64,000 bases of DNA, from assembly GCA_964247055.1 (NCBI GenBank), contig OZ176050.1, forward strand, positions 4,650,001 to 4,714,000, in the 5' to 3' direction. Positions within the stretch are counted from its first letter, which is position 1. Every line of letters begins with the position of its first letter. Below the pieces are notes generated by a model. That model saw only the letters and a program-made list of their open reading frames with translations, was not told the origin of the DNA and did not search any database. The position numbers were made by a program, and so were the translations under genes. Source of the stretch: Paragordius varius (lineage: Eukaryota; Animalia; Nematomorpha). Positions 26,523-40,564 of this stretch are shown here, piece after piece.

Positions 26523-27443
26523 TTAATGAAGTGATAAAATGATATTCCAAAATTTTACTAGATATAATCAAATGCCTTCTCCAAATAATTTATTTTAGTC
26601 ATTATTAATAATATATTATTTTTAATTTTGGAGAACCACGACCTAAAGAATCCGGGCGGATATTTGAAGCCCCAATCCTTATTTTGAGTAATACATAATT
26701 CCAAAGATACTTTAGATAAATATATGTATGTCAACAAATTATTTTAAATATATGGAGTATGAGTATGACTCAGGAAAAACCTTAATACATTTTGATTGGA
26801 TACTTTTTGGATTCGAAATTTTTTCTTTTTAAACACTATATGAAAAATAGCAATTATCAATTATTTCTAATTTGACATACGCTAAAAGATACAAAGTGTA
26901 TGCAACAATATAGCTCTCATTTAGATAAGTTAGATCTGAATAGAGGGATATCTCTTAAAAACTATATATTTCAAACCATAAACTTTTCTCATCAATATTT
27001 TGATAGTGGAATTTTAAAACTTTAAGAATATAGATGAGTTTCGTAAAGTAATACGACAAAAAAGTATGTTCAAAATCCGTTAAGTAATATCATTACTAAC
27101 CTTTATCAAGCGTAATCTGCATACATCCACATAAAATGAATCAAGATAATCATGATGTACAATAAAACATTTTTCTAAATTGATCTGGTAATATAGTACA
27201 TTAATGAATTCATCAGAAAATTAAAAAACCAGGTAAATACATTCCGTATTAATTTTTTTGTAACCATACAATAATTTTTTAACCGATTTGTATTGTGGTT
27301 TCGACTAAGTCACCGACGTGGGACAGGGCATAGCTATTTAATATAAAAATAATAAAACAAAAAATCTTATTCAACCCTTCTGGTTTTCTTTATTATTAAA
27401 CATATTTGCACTCTTATTTATAGTATTGTACAAAGTGGGGTAA

Positions 27444-27992
27444 TCTATATATTTATAAAAATAGAAAGTAGCGGCTTTGTGATCTGTTTCCGGAAAACCG
27501 GTCATCGAAAAAATATGATCATTAATGAATGCCCCGACAATATAGTCGCCCTTTTTTAAAAATAGAGCCCCAGTTCGGGTCCACACCGTGTGGAAAACCG
27601 CTTTTTTTGAAAAAAGAAGTCCACAAAAATAGTGCCTTTGAGACAATTTTTCCGAAAACGTGTTGGACCTTTCAATTTCAAATATGATTTTTTGTATTTA
27701 TTTTCGATTGCGCCGAACATAGTCGACTCGCTTTTTTTATATTAGGCCCTCTTTTTACCCGCTCCCCCCACCACAAAAATAATTTTTTTGAATCTATTTT
27801 TCGCACAAGTAAACAATATATTAGTATGAATGCCCCGTTTTGATATACCTATGAGATCATAGCTATTAAATATTGTTTCGAAATAATCCACTTATGTGGA
27901 TCATTTTATTGTCCCTTTTTTCAAATAGCCCCCGCCCCCCAGAAGTCCGAAGGACTTCCTTGGGCTGCGTAGTGGCACGAGATTTACGCTAG
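27444..27992 (+). mobile_element. Non-autonomous Helitron, copy 2 (no internal array)
   Basis: A|TCTATATATTTATAAAAATAG start; GAAGTCCGAAGGACTTC hairpin; GCACGAGATTTACGCTAG|T end. Confidence 0.85.
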
Positions 27993-28336
27993 TCTTTATT
28001 ATAAAAGTTGATTTAATATGAATATACTCATATCTATATCATAACAATAATGTTGAATGCTTTCTTTGAAATTTCAGAAATCTTGTAGGCCCATTCAAAG
28101 TCCAAACTAAAATTTTTAAAAATAATTCAATTTTGCCACCATTGAAGGCATTTCATAAAAGCTCATTGATAATTTAATTATTTAAATCGTTCTGGGATTA
28201 TTACAAAATGAGTGTTATAAAATTTTACTTTTTTATATCAAACCTATATATTAACATAAGCACAAAAGGGCTAATCGCTATCATAAAAATTTAAAACCAT
28301 AATTTAATTCACATGAATTCATAGGTTTAAAAATTT

Positions 28337-28764
28337 CTAGATGGTGGAATTCTACCCAGCGGCTAGTTTAAAAATGCACTGGGTAATCGTCTTTATAACG
28401 TGAAAGCAAAACCTTATATACATATGGTCTCCTTGGGTTTTCCGAGCCAAAAGTCCTGCCCATGGCCTAATTTTAAAAATGGGCTAATATTTTAGCAATT
28501 TAATGGAAGTACCCGTAACCACTATTGAGTTTACATAATTTACTAACCTGGCTTTGAAAATTTATTTGGTAGATTTTTTGCAAAAAAATGCATTTTATGG
28601 GAAGAGCGGCTGAATACAGTAGCATGTTAAAAGTGCCCGATTATATTCAGCGCATTTGTAAAAAAAGAAATTTGATTATTGATTTTGAATGGTCTACAAG
28701 TTTACTGGGACGATTTTTAAAGAATTTATGTGAATCAAACTGCTGATTTTAAAATTAATAATGA
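28337..28764 (-). mobile_element. Diverged Helitron-family fragment, head-to-head with copy 3
   Basis: Minus strand reads GTAGACCATTCAAAATCAAT...GCGCTGAATATAATCGGGCACTT, similar to the family 5' region and to the 33412 copy; CCCAG...CTGGG hairpin near a CTAG, but termini are imperfect. Confidence 0.4.
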
Positions 28765-28783
28765 TCCAAAATTAATTTGAAAA

Positions 28784-29797
28784 TCTATACACCTATAAAA
28801 ATGGAAAATGCTGGCTTTGTGATCTGTTTCCGGAAACGCGGTAAACCCCGTCAAATCCAAACGTGGAAAAAATATAATCATTATTAAATGTCCCGACAAT
28901 AGCTTCGCCCTTTTTTTGAATTATGCCCCCAGTTAGGGCCCATCCCGTGTGAAAAACGGGTTTTTTTGAAAACAAGTCCACAAAAATCGTGTCTTTGAGA
29001 CAATTTTCCGGAGAACGTGTTGGACCATTCAATTTCACATATGATTTTTGTTTAATTATTTTCAATTGCGCTGAACGTCATCTCGCTTTTTTAATTTAGG
29101 CCCTCTTTTTACCCGCTCCCCCCGTAAAATGTCCTTTTAAAAACAAAGTCTAAAAAAATAATTTTTTGATTCTATTTTTCGCCCAAGGTATGAGACCGTA
29201 AAAATTCAATAAAGATTCTGCGTACTGTTAAAAGGCAAAAATTTTAGTCAAGCGTTTCTTTGATGATAGTTGCTGAGTAAGGAGCTACCCTCGAAACACT
29301 CACCCGTCATATCAAAATAGCGTGCTTTTGGGGCTAAATTACAGAAATCCTATCAAGCCATATGGGTTCAATAGCTGCTTTCAGTATTACCAGTAAAAAG
29401 TCAAAAATTTTAGTTGAGCAGATTTTTTGATTTAGCCGTTAAATAGGCCCTTTACGCCCTAAAAATGCGCTATCATTGAATTATTATTTAGTTTTGACGC
29501 CATTCTTCCATAAACTATTAGGAATGAACGCTGATTCCAGGTATAAAGGCAAATTTTTTTATCTAACTACATTTTTATAATGGCCTCTAAGTAGTGGGTC
29601 GTACCCGCCTAAAACTGCGCCATCATAGCGTTACACCATGCCTTTGGAGCCAAATTTCAGAAAACTTATGAGACTATGTGAAACATTTTAAAACTTCGTG
29701 CCGCATAATAAAATTGCTTATAAAATCAAATATGCCTCCCCCCTCCCCCAGAAGTCCGAAGGACTTCCTCGGGCTGCGTAGCAGAGATTTACGATAC
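28784..29797 (+). mobile_element. Non-autonomous Helitron, copy 3 (about two internal units)
   Basis: A|TCTATACACCTATAAAAATGG start; same hairpins; terminal CTAG decayed to ATAC (GATTTACGATAC|T). Confidence 0.8.
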
Positions 29798-32700
29798 TAT
29801 ATATATGGCCAAAATAAAATGCATATCTAAGTTGAAGCCAATATCACAGTCACCTAAATTATTTATGGTTATCTCGCTCTGAGTAGAAAACTACAAAAGC
29901 TGAAAAATGTTAATAACTGTTTCAGTCAATTGTTTTAAATATTAATAAAAAAACACCTTTTCATGATAATGATGAAAAATATAAAAGTATATATATAAAC
30001 AATAAAAAGCTAAAAAGGATTGGTTGAAATAATATGACGAAAATATTAACGGAATAATTTAAAGACAAAAGAATATTTTTTATCGTTCATCAAAATAAAT
30101 TAAGGGTTTTAACCTTGATAAGTAAGATTATTCTTATGAAGTTTATTTCCAACAAAAAATTTATATGCAATAAAATCCCTTGTATTTGAGATTTTGGTAT
30201 TTTCTGACAACTCTTAGAATATTTAATAGGATATAACAATAATGATTACAAAATTTATTATTATATCTGTAAAAGTAAGTCATTTATTTATCTTTATTAC
30301 TTTACTCTATATACCGATCTTAAAAAATGTCCCTTTGTTTAAAAAACGCTGGTGATACAAAATAACTTAGTCAAAAATAACCTTCAACTACAAATATTTA
30401 TTGTAAAAAATTAATATAAGCGTATAATATACATTTTTTATTGGGTATGGATTAAATACTTTTAATGAAAAGGTAATTATAGAGTGACTTTCCAAAAAAT
30501 ATATATTTTTGGATAAAAAAATTAATTAAAACTAATAAAAGAACAATCAATATACCTTAAAATATATTATGATGATTTATCTTGTGTGAACCTTATTTTC
30601 AAAAACCAGAGCACTTTATAAAATTATTTATTTATTTATAAATAGAATTGAATGGTTATAAATAATTTATATTTTAATAATTATATATATATTCGGAATA
30701 ATTATAATTATGATTTATATTTTATGTCGATAGAAGAATTTGGTGCCGTTTATGGAATTACGGAGGCGAAAATATAACTGAAAATTGATAAATTTCTTAG
30801 AATATATATGACAAATCGTTAAAATTAAATATATTAATTGCTTTTAGATTAGGCTTATTTATATATTAAATTGTTACTATAAATTCTGCACAACCTAAAC
30901 GATACGTATAAAATTTTATCATTTGATCAATTTTTTGGTTGTTATAAATTTTTATAAATAATTAATATTTTTTCAGAAATCAATCAATCAAAAATGTTTT
31001 TATCATATTTCTTATGGATAGTCCAACAAGATATTTGACAAAATTGAAACTAAGGACAGATAAGACAAAAGGTATATATATAATTTATACAATAATTGTA
31101 ATTAATTCAATTTAGCTGTGATATTTTTTTTTCAAATTAATCAGAATTTTTGCTTAAAAATCTCTTCGAAAATTTCTTAAAATATAATTATATGGAAATA
31201 AAATTGCTAGAATTTAACCGCAAATAACACTTATCTGTTAAAATATTTTTTTTTCCAATTTGGCACATGCATTTGTAAAGCCTACGCATCTAATTAAATA
31301 AAAATGAATGGAAAAAATTATGATGACCTTTCTAAAAATATTTATAATAATAAAAACAGTAAAAGTGTTAGATCGATAGTATTATAGATTGTTGTTTCAA
31401 TTTTAAGTGTAAAAAAGTTTAAAATTATTTTATTAAATAAGAATAACCTGATCCTTTACTTTTAGTTAGGCATCTATCTATTAATTTAATTTTTAAATCT
31501 AATATTTTTTCGGTATATTTGTCGTCTAATCATAAAGTTGAATCAAATAATTGTACCAAAAATAATCAGTGTTAATAATTAATGCACGCGAAGCGGTTAA
31601 TAACTTTTTTTCACAAAACCAAATCCAATTTGTTTGAATCCTTTTAGTAATTTTATAATTTTGAAAATTTTTTATTTATATGAAACTGAATAAACATTCT
31701 GTTCTTATGTAGAATGGGTCCGTATATTTTAAATCAAATCCTCTAAATTTAAAATATTTACATTTTTTGGAATATTTATAATAATATAAGTTTTGGAGTT
31801 TTAGTTAAAAAACTAAGCTTACTCATTGAATTGCTATAATGTTTAATATCAAATTCATTTATAAAATTAATGTTGCGTTTTTAAATGTGTAATCATGCAC
31901 AACTTGCTCTAACAAAAATCCCAGCTCAAAAAAAAATTAAATAAAAAATTATTTTGGTTTACATTACATAAATCAAGCAGCAACCCTTGTGCCTTTGTTT
32001 GGTCCTTGATTATTATTTTTTCTTAATATAAAACAGAAAAAAGATGGAAAAATTATGCAAACTTCTGTCATTTTGTTTTAACAAAGATCCTAATAATTTT
32101 AATATTTAATATTTTTTTGCATGTGGATCCATTGTTATCATTCTTCATTACAAGGTTTTTGTAAAACTTACTAGAAAAATTTTGCATTAGAAAGTTAGAG
32201 ATAGGAACTGTGGTGTTTTAAAGAGAGACGATACATTTTATATTGGTCAATCAGGTTGTATTTGTTTTATGAAAAAAATTTCTAGACAACTTCAAAAATT
32301 TTGCCTAAAAAATTTAAACGAAAAAAGTTAATTTATATTGATAGGTAGTTTTTTACAAGGGTTCCATATGTTGTGTACATCAGTTACAAATGCTTATATA
32401 AATTTATTGTTCTTATTTTGGACTAAAATTTATATTTAATTAAAATTTTGTCCTTGAAAACAAAAAATTACAAGAGACATATAAAGATAGTAGAAAAAAT
32501 TATTTTTTAACCTGAAATCGCTAAAAATATTATTTAAATTTCATGTAAATGCGAACAAATGCAAATTTCACACTTTTTTAAAATTAATTAGCAAAAAACT
32601 TCTCCTTTCTCAATGTTAACCATAAAAATAATTAAATTTATTTTGGAAATTTTTTTGGAGCGGATATATTATTTACAAAAAATTAATTTAATTTTTTTAA

Positions 32701-33411
32701 TTAAACAACGAATACCGAATATTAACATCCAAATGTACTGTTTTAACTAAGTATTTAATTCTAATTTAAAATCTCTCTATTTTGAGACAATACCATAGTT
32801 GTAAGTTACCTTATCTCCAATAATTTTGGTTTATTGCAAAAACTTAATAAAAATGATTTTATTGGGAATTAGAAAACAGATTGTCCATAATCTATATAGT
32901 TTTGTAAAAATAAACTATCATAACACTACGGTACTTCATCGTAAAAAAACTTTAAACACAGTTTTTATGCATGATAAATATAGCTGATCATGATAGTTAT
33001 TGGGTTTTTTCCCCTCTTAATAAAATATTTTATTACATCCAATTGGAAATATAATTTTTGATGTCATATCATCGTCATCAAAATTACATATAGAGTATAT
33101 AGTTATAGTCATGTAACAATTTAAAGTCAAAACTGACGAATACTACTTTTTGCCTGATATAATTTAACCAAATAGTCCTTTGGGATTGGAATGAGCTTTT
33201 TTTATAAAAAAACGTAACGCGTATAATGATAATGTAAAATGGAAATTTTTGAATGGAACTATAAAAATTTAAATGTGTATTGTGGTATTATTATCCATGG
33301 AAATATGGTTGAAAATAACTTTTTTTGGTAAAATTTAATTTATTTTCCTTATCCCTAATAAATTTTGATTTCGATGCAGAATTATACGCAAAAGCTCCAT
33401 TTTTATAAAAA

Positions 33412-33760
33412 CTAGCTGCGCGCGTCGCTGTGCCCTAGTTGAAAAGATATTAAGCAATAAAATGTGCATTAGGAAATGGGAATATCAAAATTTTATAAAA
33501 ATACTCTTTACCATAGTCTGTTTTATTGGTGCAATAAATTTATGGCCATTACGCAATTACGCTAACAAACTAATTTATTATAAAAAATCAAAAAACCTCG
33601 AATCTAAATCAAATCTAAAATTAAGCTTTGATAAAGGCCCGACTATACTCGGCGCATTGAATAAATGACAAATTCTCATTGATTTTGAATGGGCCTACTA
33701 CATGTTAAAAAATTGCATAAAAGCCTACATTTTAAATTTTTATCATATGATGTAAATAGA
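33412..33760 (-). mobile_element. Short diverged Helitron
   Basis: Minus strand A|TCTATTTACATCATATGATAAAAA start and GCACAGCGACGCGCGCAGCTAG|T end; 5' interior (GTAGGCCCATTCAAAATC) resembles copies 1-3. Confidence 0.65.
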
Positions 33761-36085
33761 TAAATAATTATATAGACAATATTATTGAAATTATAATATT
33801 TTATACGCTTGTTCAATAAACATATGGGATATAATTATATATTTTTAACTGACGAGGAGATTTTTTGCGTAAAATATTATTTTACCGGGGTCTTCTATTG
33901 AGACAAATTCCAAAAAGTGCCCATGCTTGGTGCAACAGTAAAAGAAATGTTTGATGCAACAATCAATAGGGTTACATGTTTCACGGAAAACGTATAGTTA
34001 AGCTTTTTTATTTAAGAGTGGATTTTACATCAGATATGATCTGTCCGATGGCAAATACAAAAAGAGGCTCGACTAAATTTTTTGACTTAAATCGGTAATA
34101 CCTAAGATTATTTATATAATCTCATCAATTAATTTGCATCAACTTCTCCTTTTATGGCGGCACATTTTACAAAGGGTGGAGTCTAGCAGTTAATATAATG
34201 CATTGAACTAAAATTTTTGCCTTTTCATTAACTTATAACTGAAACCACTATTAATTTTATAGAGTCTGATTATTTGAGCGCAAATTGATTCAAATTTTGA
34301 TTTTTTTTACCTTTTTTACGGAGAGTTCAGAAAATTATTCCATAGCCCCCTAATTTTTATTAATATTTTCCTTCAAATAAAGTCAAAACTAGGATCCATA
34401 ATTAATTATGAGTACACTACGATTTTAATTAATATTCTGGTAAAGTAATAGACAATAGTAGTCACTAAGCAAATTTGTGTGCCACACCTAAAACATTAAT
34501 TAAACAAAAAATATCATATTAAAAATTTATAATAATGCAGATATCCAAATTTTTGAAATCCGATAGATTTCTTTAATAACGTTGCCATAAACTGACTTTG
34601 AATAAAAATTTGAATGAACTAAATATAAATTCTAATATAACTGATTAAAATTAATTTTTTTGTATAAAATGATATTCATTTGTCATACATAACTTAAATA
34701 AAATGTAAAAATAAATGTCGCAATTGATGATTTTGTACACTAAAGAATTAATTTTGTTAAATAAAACAAAAGCGCATTTATACAGTAGAAACAATTGCAT
34801 CTTATATAACGATTACCATAAAACACTTATAATAATTTGATGAGTTGTCTCTTTTATTCTCCATATTATATTTATAACAAAATATTTTTAATTACAAAAA
34901 ATAATAATTTTATTCAAATAGCAACAATCTATATTTTTATTCTTTGCATATAAGCATATCACTTCTGTCTGAAATTAAATAATTTTAATCAATAATATTT
35001 GCATTGTACCGTAAATACATTATATTAGAAAGATGATTCAAATTTCCATATAATTTGTTAAACAAAACATTACCTTTAGTGAATCCATGACATAACTAAA
35101 GTTGATTGATAAATTATTATCCTAAATTTGTCTGATGTTAAAAACTTTTTAAAGAATAAAAAAATTAAATTTTAAGCGTTTTAAGCTTATTTTAGTGTCT
35201 TAAACTTTTTTATATTATGTTAAGAAATATTTCAATTCAAGGTATTACATTATTTACACAACTGTTCAATTTATAGGGATTACATATGTTCCAATAACAA
35301 TTTTGCTTTCAAAAATATATTTTTGGAGTTTTAAATTTTAGTAATACGGCTAATTTTTTCCAATTTTAAATAAATTTTTATAGAAAAATGGTTTAAATTG
35401 TGTTAATTTCTATTTTTATTTTAATTATTTATTTCAAAAAACAATCAAAAGAGATTGATTCTACATGCGCTGCTATTTTCTGCGTATATATTTTTTTATT
35501 ATTATATTAAAACATAAACCGTTAATATTATTATATAATCTTTATCCTTTCTATCGGATATGATATCACTTCGTTGTAGTCAGGAAAAAAATCATTTTTT
35601 AATTATTTTTACAGCATAAAATTATTTTCATTTATATTTATATTGAGGATACTTTAATTGATTTTTTTGTATTAGAAGACACTAAAATTTAACACTTACA
35701 GCGAAATAACATACAAACACACACACCTGTGGACAATGCAATATTTTTTATTCACAAAATGGATATTTATAGGTTATAAATTTTTTTTGGTTATTTTGTA
35801 TAATCCCCTATTACTGCACACAAAACCATGAAAGTGGTTAAAAAAGCATGCCAAATGTACCCATGAATTTATTCCTTAATAATCATATCGAAATAGCGAA
35901 TTTGACAAAATTCTCAAAATCTAACTGCATCAATATAAATATAATCAATTTAATACGATTTTACTCTTTCTTTCATATTTAGAGCATATCATATATCCTA
36001 TTGGGTATACTAATTCTGTGAAAAATTAATCATATATGCTATCACTACTGCCTTTTTAACCGAAATACATAAATTATCTTTTGCG

Positions 36086-37714
36086 ATGAAGAATAGCGTA
36101 GCGGCCGATATGAATATTCTAAACACCGTTAGATTTCTGGTCCAAAAAATTTGTTTACCCATAATCCTATGTATTGGGATCCCAGGGAATTTATTTACTC
36201 TCGTTATTCTATCGAGGCATCATATGAAATCGTCAACCAATTTCTACTTGGCTTGCTTAGCGCTTGCTGATATGTTTTACCTTATATTCTCTTTCATGTT
36301 AAGCTTACAGCATTATGAAGGGATACGGACACAATGGTGGTACCTGAAATATTCGATAGCAGGATACCCCTTGACTGATATATGCAGTAATGCTTCGGTT
36401 TGGATAGTTGTTTCCTTTACCGCAGAACGATTCATAGTCATAAATGACCCGATAAAGGGTAAAATTCGGTGTACGCTTAAAAAAGCCCAAATCCTAGTTT
36501 GCATAGTATTTATTGTGGCGGTTGCGGCGACATTGCCGACATTTTTTGAACGTACCGTTACTGAAGTAATTACGGACAACCAAGTAGATTTTTTTACACC
36601 AGACCTAATTGAATTCAACAATTACACGACACAATCTCCGCTCATTTTCACTGTCACAACAACACCGATTGTAGTACAACACGAAAATAATTTATCATTC
36701 TATGAACCAAATCTTGACCATAATACCTTAAGTACAAATATTAAAGCAACACCGAGTTATAACATATCTCACGATTCTTTACTACTAAAATCTAACAATT
36801 ATTCACTAACAAGGTATCCCAGCAAGCACCGAAAATATCAATTAGCCTTTACTCCCTTATTCCATAATGAACGGTATCAAACTGCTTATTTTTGGTTTAC
36901 GAGTGTTTTCTTTTGCTTTTTTCCGTTAAGTTTACTTTTAATATTTAACACTCTCCTAGTCATTTGGATTAAAAAATCGTCGGCCCTACATCGAAAATTT
37001 AACAAAACGTTAACGATAAAAAGTAATCCTCACAATGTGTTATTGGAACAAACCAATAAGAGAACATTTACTCTGAGAGCAAGTAAAACGTCAAAAAAGA
37101 CATTATCAGGTTCATATGCCCAAGAAAATCGAATAACTTTTATGCTTTTCATAGTGGTTCTCGTATTTACCATCTGTCAACTCCCTTCAGCCATATTGCT
37201 TTTGGCTTTTCTCCTGAGGCCAGCAAAACAGGAACTCATCACTTGGCGACTTATGAATAATTTTGCTAACTTACTCATGGCCATACATGCGTGCCTAAAC
37301 TTCATACTATACTGTTCCCTGAATCGAAAATTTCGCCTAACATTTTCGACTCTTTTTTGCCCGTGTTTACGGCACATAAAAATTTTGAGCCGACAAGATA
37401 CTGATACGTCGGCTGGATACAAAAATGAAGGGGGCGTCGAAAAAACTACCATACACCCAACGTTTACCATGATAAAAAGTTCATCTTTTACTAAAAACAT
37501 TTCACCAACCATTACATTCGTCAAAAATACTACCAACAAAAAAAAGAAGAATAAAGACAGCTACAATCGCTTAACTCAAATCAATGATGGAAATGAAACT
37601 GTAAAACCAAAATCTAACCCTAATCACACTTTCCCCAAAAATCAAATTAAGTTTGGGAAAACGCCTTTGGTACATTTGTTGGAAGAGGTCGAGAATGAAT
37701 CTGAAAAAGGTTAA
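36086..37714 (+). CDS. Class A peptide GPCR, FMRFamide-receptor-like family, single coding exon, 542 aa
   Basis: Seven hydrophobic segments with GIPGN (TM1), STNFYLACLALAD (TM2), SVWIVVSFTAERF (TM3), TLPTFFE (TM4), FFPLSLL (TM5), FTICQLP (TM6), ACLNFILY (TM7). Ligand not inferable. Confidence 0.92.
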   Translation: MKNSVAADMNILNTVRFLVQKICLPIILCIGIPGNLFTLVILSRHHMKSSTNFYLACLALADMFYLIFSFMLSLQHYEGIRTQWWYLKYSIAGYPLTDICSNASVWIVVSFTAERFIVINDPIKGKIRCTLKKAQILVCIVFIVAVAATLPTFFERTVTEVITDNQVDFFTPDLIEFNNYTTQSPLIFTVTTTPIVVQHENNLSFYEPNLDHNTLSTNIKATPSYNISHDSLLLKSNNYSLTRYPSKHRKYQLAFTPLFHNERYQTAYFWFTSVFFCFFPLSLLLIFNTLLVIWIKKSSALHRKFNKTLTIKSNPHNVLLEQTNKRTFTLRASKTSKKTLSGSYAQENRITFMLFIVVLVFTICQLPSAILLLAFLLRPAKQELITWRLMNNFANLLMAIHACLNFILYCSLNRKFRLTFSTLFCPCLRHIKILSRQDTDTSAGYKNEGGVEKTTIHPTFTMIKSSSFTKNISPTITFVKNTTNKKKKNKDSYNRLTQINDGNETVKPKSNPNHTFPKNQIKFGKTPLVHLLEEVENESEKG

Positions 37715-40564
37715 CACACCACATAGGCAAATTAATTATAACAAAAAGTATTTTGACATGTGATACGGACATACACATAGCTCTTATTTAAAACGACCAT
37801 CTGTAAAAATGTGATTATTGGGTCAAATCCAAACAAATAACGATACATTCAAATTTACCAATTTTAATTTTTGAATGAAATTCGCAATGAAAAATGACCT
37901 GATAATAAAATTCCATATTTTTGCTGCAGAATATTGTTACGGCTTGCGTCACTTAAATTTAAAGTAAAATCTATAAAACATATACCAATTCGTATAATTA
38001 CACATTAGTCACTTAGGATTTTTAGGTATATTTCATATTTATGATATAGAACTATTATATTTTACCCAAAAAAATCGATAAAATGAACCCAATATAAATA
38101 GCTTTTTCAACCAATCCATAGCATCCACATTCACATCTCTGCAAGACTCATTAAAATGCAATATTCAAAATAATTATTACTAGAAAATTCATAAATCTGG
38201 TCCAACCAAAATCTCGTAACAAATTTATTCCAGAGAACATAAGTTTTTGAAAATCCATCATCCTACCACCACACAGATTATAAATTTATGACATAAAAAT
38301 ATTTAAAAAATCCCATTTATATACATAAAATTTCATATCATTTTTTATATCCTTGATAGCTATCCATCCCTAAAAAAGTTGTTGATTCAAGCATTACTCA
38401 TAATTTAGAATGACATCATGCACCTTATAAAATAACTCTGTAAAAGTACTTTCTTTCCCTTAAACAATGAATGAATGTGTTCTTAACTTTCATTTTGTTA
38501 ATATTTTTTAAAATTTCTCAAAATCTTTTATATTATTATTGTTACATACTGGAATAGTCATCATTATCTTAATTCTATGTGAATAGATTAAGGTTTTCTT
38601 ATTATATATAGTCAGTCATACAAAACTGTGATTCCAAATGAATATTCATGTCTTATAAACCATACATCATCAGATTCGAGAATACATAAAATGTATCTTA
38701 CGAAATATTTATTTAAATATCTCAAACAAGAGAACATTTTTAAAATCTGTAAAGTACTTCACATCAGCTAGCCCTCTTTGTGAATATTTCCCGAATGTTT
38801 TTTTGTATAATATTAAATCAAAACTTTTAATTCATTCCTTGAAAAATTAAATAAATACAATTAATTACTATAATTATTACTAATAAATGATATGATTGCC
38901 TTCTTAAGTTTTTATATTTAGATAATAGGCAAATACAGTGGACGGCCCTATAATTACCCTAAAAAGGCTCTTTGTCCCCATGGTTCTTTTTTTAAAAAAT
39001 GTAAAAAATTAAATTAATAAAATTTTACATGCAAATATATTATCATATTTTAATTTTCTATAATTTTTAACTCATTAGAGGGTAAATCCATAAAATAAAA
39101 TAAGGTCAATTTTAAACGACTGTTACATAAATTTGAAAAAGTGCATGATGATCAGGATGAGCTAATTACGCTGTTTAGTCAAAAAAGCATATTGGACATT
39201 ATCACTATAATTTTAACTCTTTAATAAAGATTTTTGAAACTTTTAAATGTCAAAACCAAACGTTTAAAAGCGTATAGGATCTGATAATAATTATATACCC
39301 GAGATTACTTGTTGACAAAGATAAATATTGTAATTTATATCAGAGTTTTCTAAATTTTATTTGCTAATAATTTTGTCGTCGTTAATTGTGTTAATGACAT
39401 TTTCTATCAAATAAAAAAAATTGTTTGTTATATATTATTGGCAGCTTATAAGTTTTATGAATAACTAAGATTGTTTGATATTTTATTTATATTTTTTTGC
39501 TGTATTCTAACAGATGATCATATAGACAGAGTTTTAAAAAGATTGGCTAATTTAAGCCAACACTGAACAATGATATACTAATATATATAATAATGTTTGA
39601 ACTTCAGATGTAAACAGTTTTGTTTTATATATATATATATATTACAAATTTTAATAAAAAAGGATATCGAATTTCATACAAATTGTGCCTGTGTTTAAAT
39701 ATATAGGAATCATTCTTATACGATATATACAATTTTCAAGGATTAATATTCGCATATTATTATTACATAAGCAAAACTTTATATTATCATTTTCTAATCA
39801 TTGTAAATAAACCATTAGTGTATTGGTTTACAATGATATAAATAGGTATCATCTAATTAACACAGTATAACATAACCTACAATTTAATGTTTCCAATGCC
39901 AAACTCCAAAATTGAAAAATTCCACAAATCAATTATACTTTACATTACAGATATCAATACCATTTTGTTTAAAATAAAATTGAAAACAAAAAAAACAATT
40001 ACGTTTCAATCAAATATATAAATATACATTTTGATATTAGCCTTCTCCCTTCCCTAACAAATTAGATTTAATCTTTGGATCAAAACTGTCAAGGTCGGAA
40101 TGAAATTGATGCGTCTAGGTTTTATAGGAATGGCTAGATCAACAAGTCTTAGTTAAGTCAAGCATACAATTAAACATGAATCATAAATATCCAAAAAATA
40201 ACTATTTGTCTGCACTAACTAAAGTAATGTATCTATTTTAAACTCATCATCAAATTTTAAATATATATATATATATATATATATAAGTTTAGAATTCTTT
40301 AAGGTATCCATCGGTATGCAACAAAGAAATAGTTTTTTAAATATACGACCGCTAACAAACTTGACAAAAAAATATCAACATATTGATTATATTATTCAAT
40401 ATTTTTGGCAAAACTGGATAAAAATTTTATAATTAATATTTATTTTTCAAATATACATTTTTACATGTCCACGTTTTCAAAAAAAAATTATTTTCTATAA
40501 CAAACAGTTTAAATGTGTCAAAACCTACATCTAAACTGTTATAGAATAGATAAATTACAATTTA

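Noticed and set aside
27371-29065. Similar track ORFs 27371-27646 and 28793-29065 as duplicated genes
   Set aside because: They are antisense readings of the Helitron 5' region; the same frame is broken in copy 1 and there are no Rep/helicase motifs.
29800-33400. Scattered exon-like bits (e.g. 30735-30790, 30976-31073) as a hidden gene
   Set aside because: No phase-consistent chain or homology could be built; they could be GPCR 5'UTR exons or noise.
38100-38460. A/C-rich stretch faintly like a decayed LINE endonuclease
   Set aside because: Motif resemblance is too weak to call by eye.
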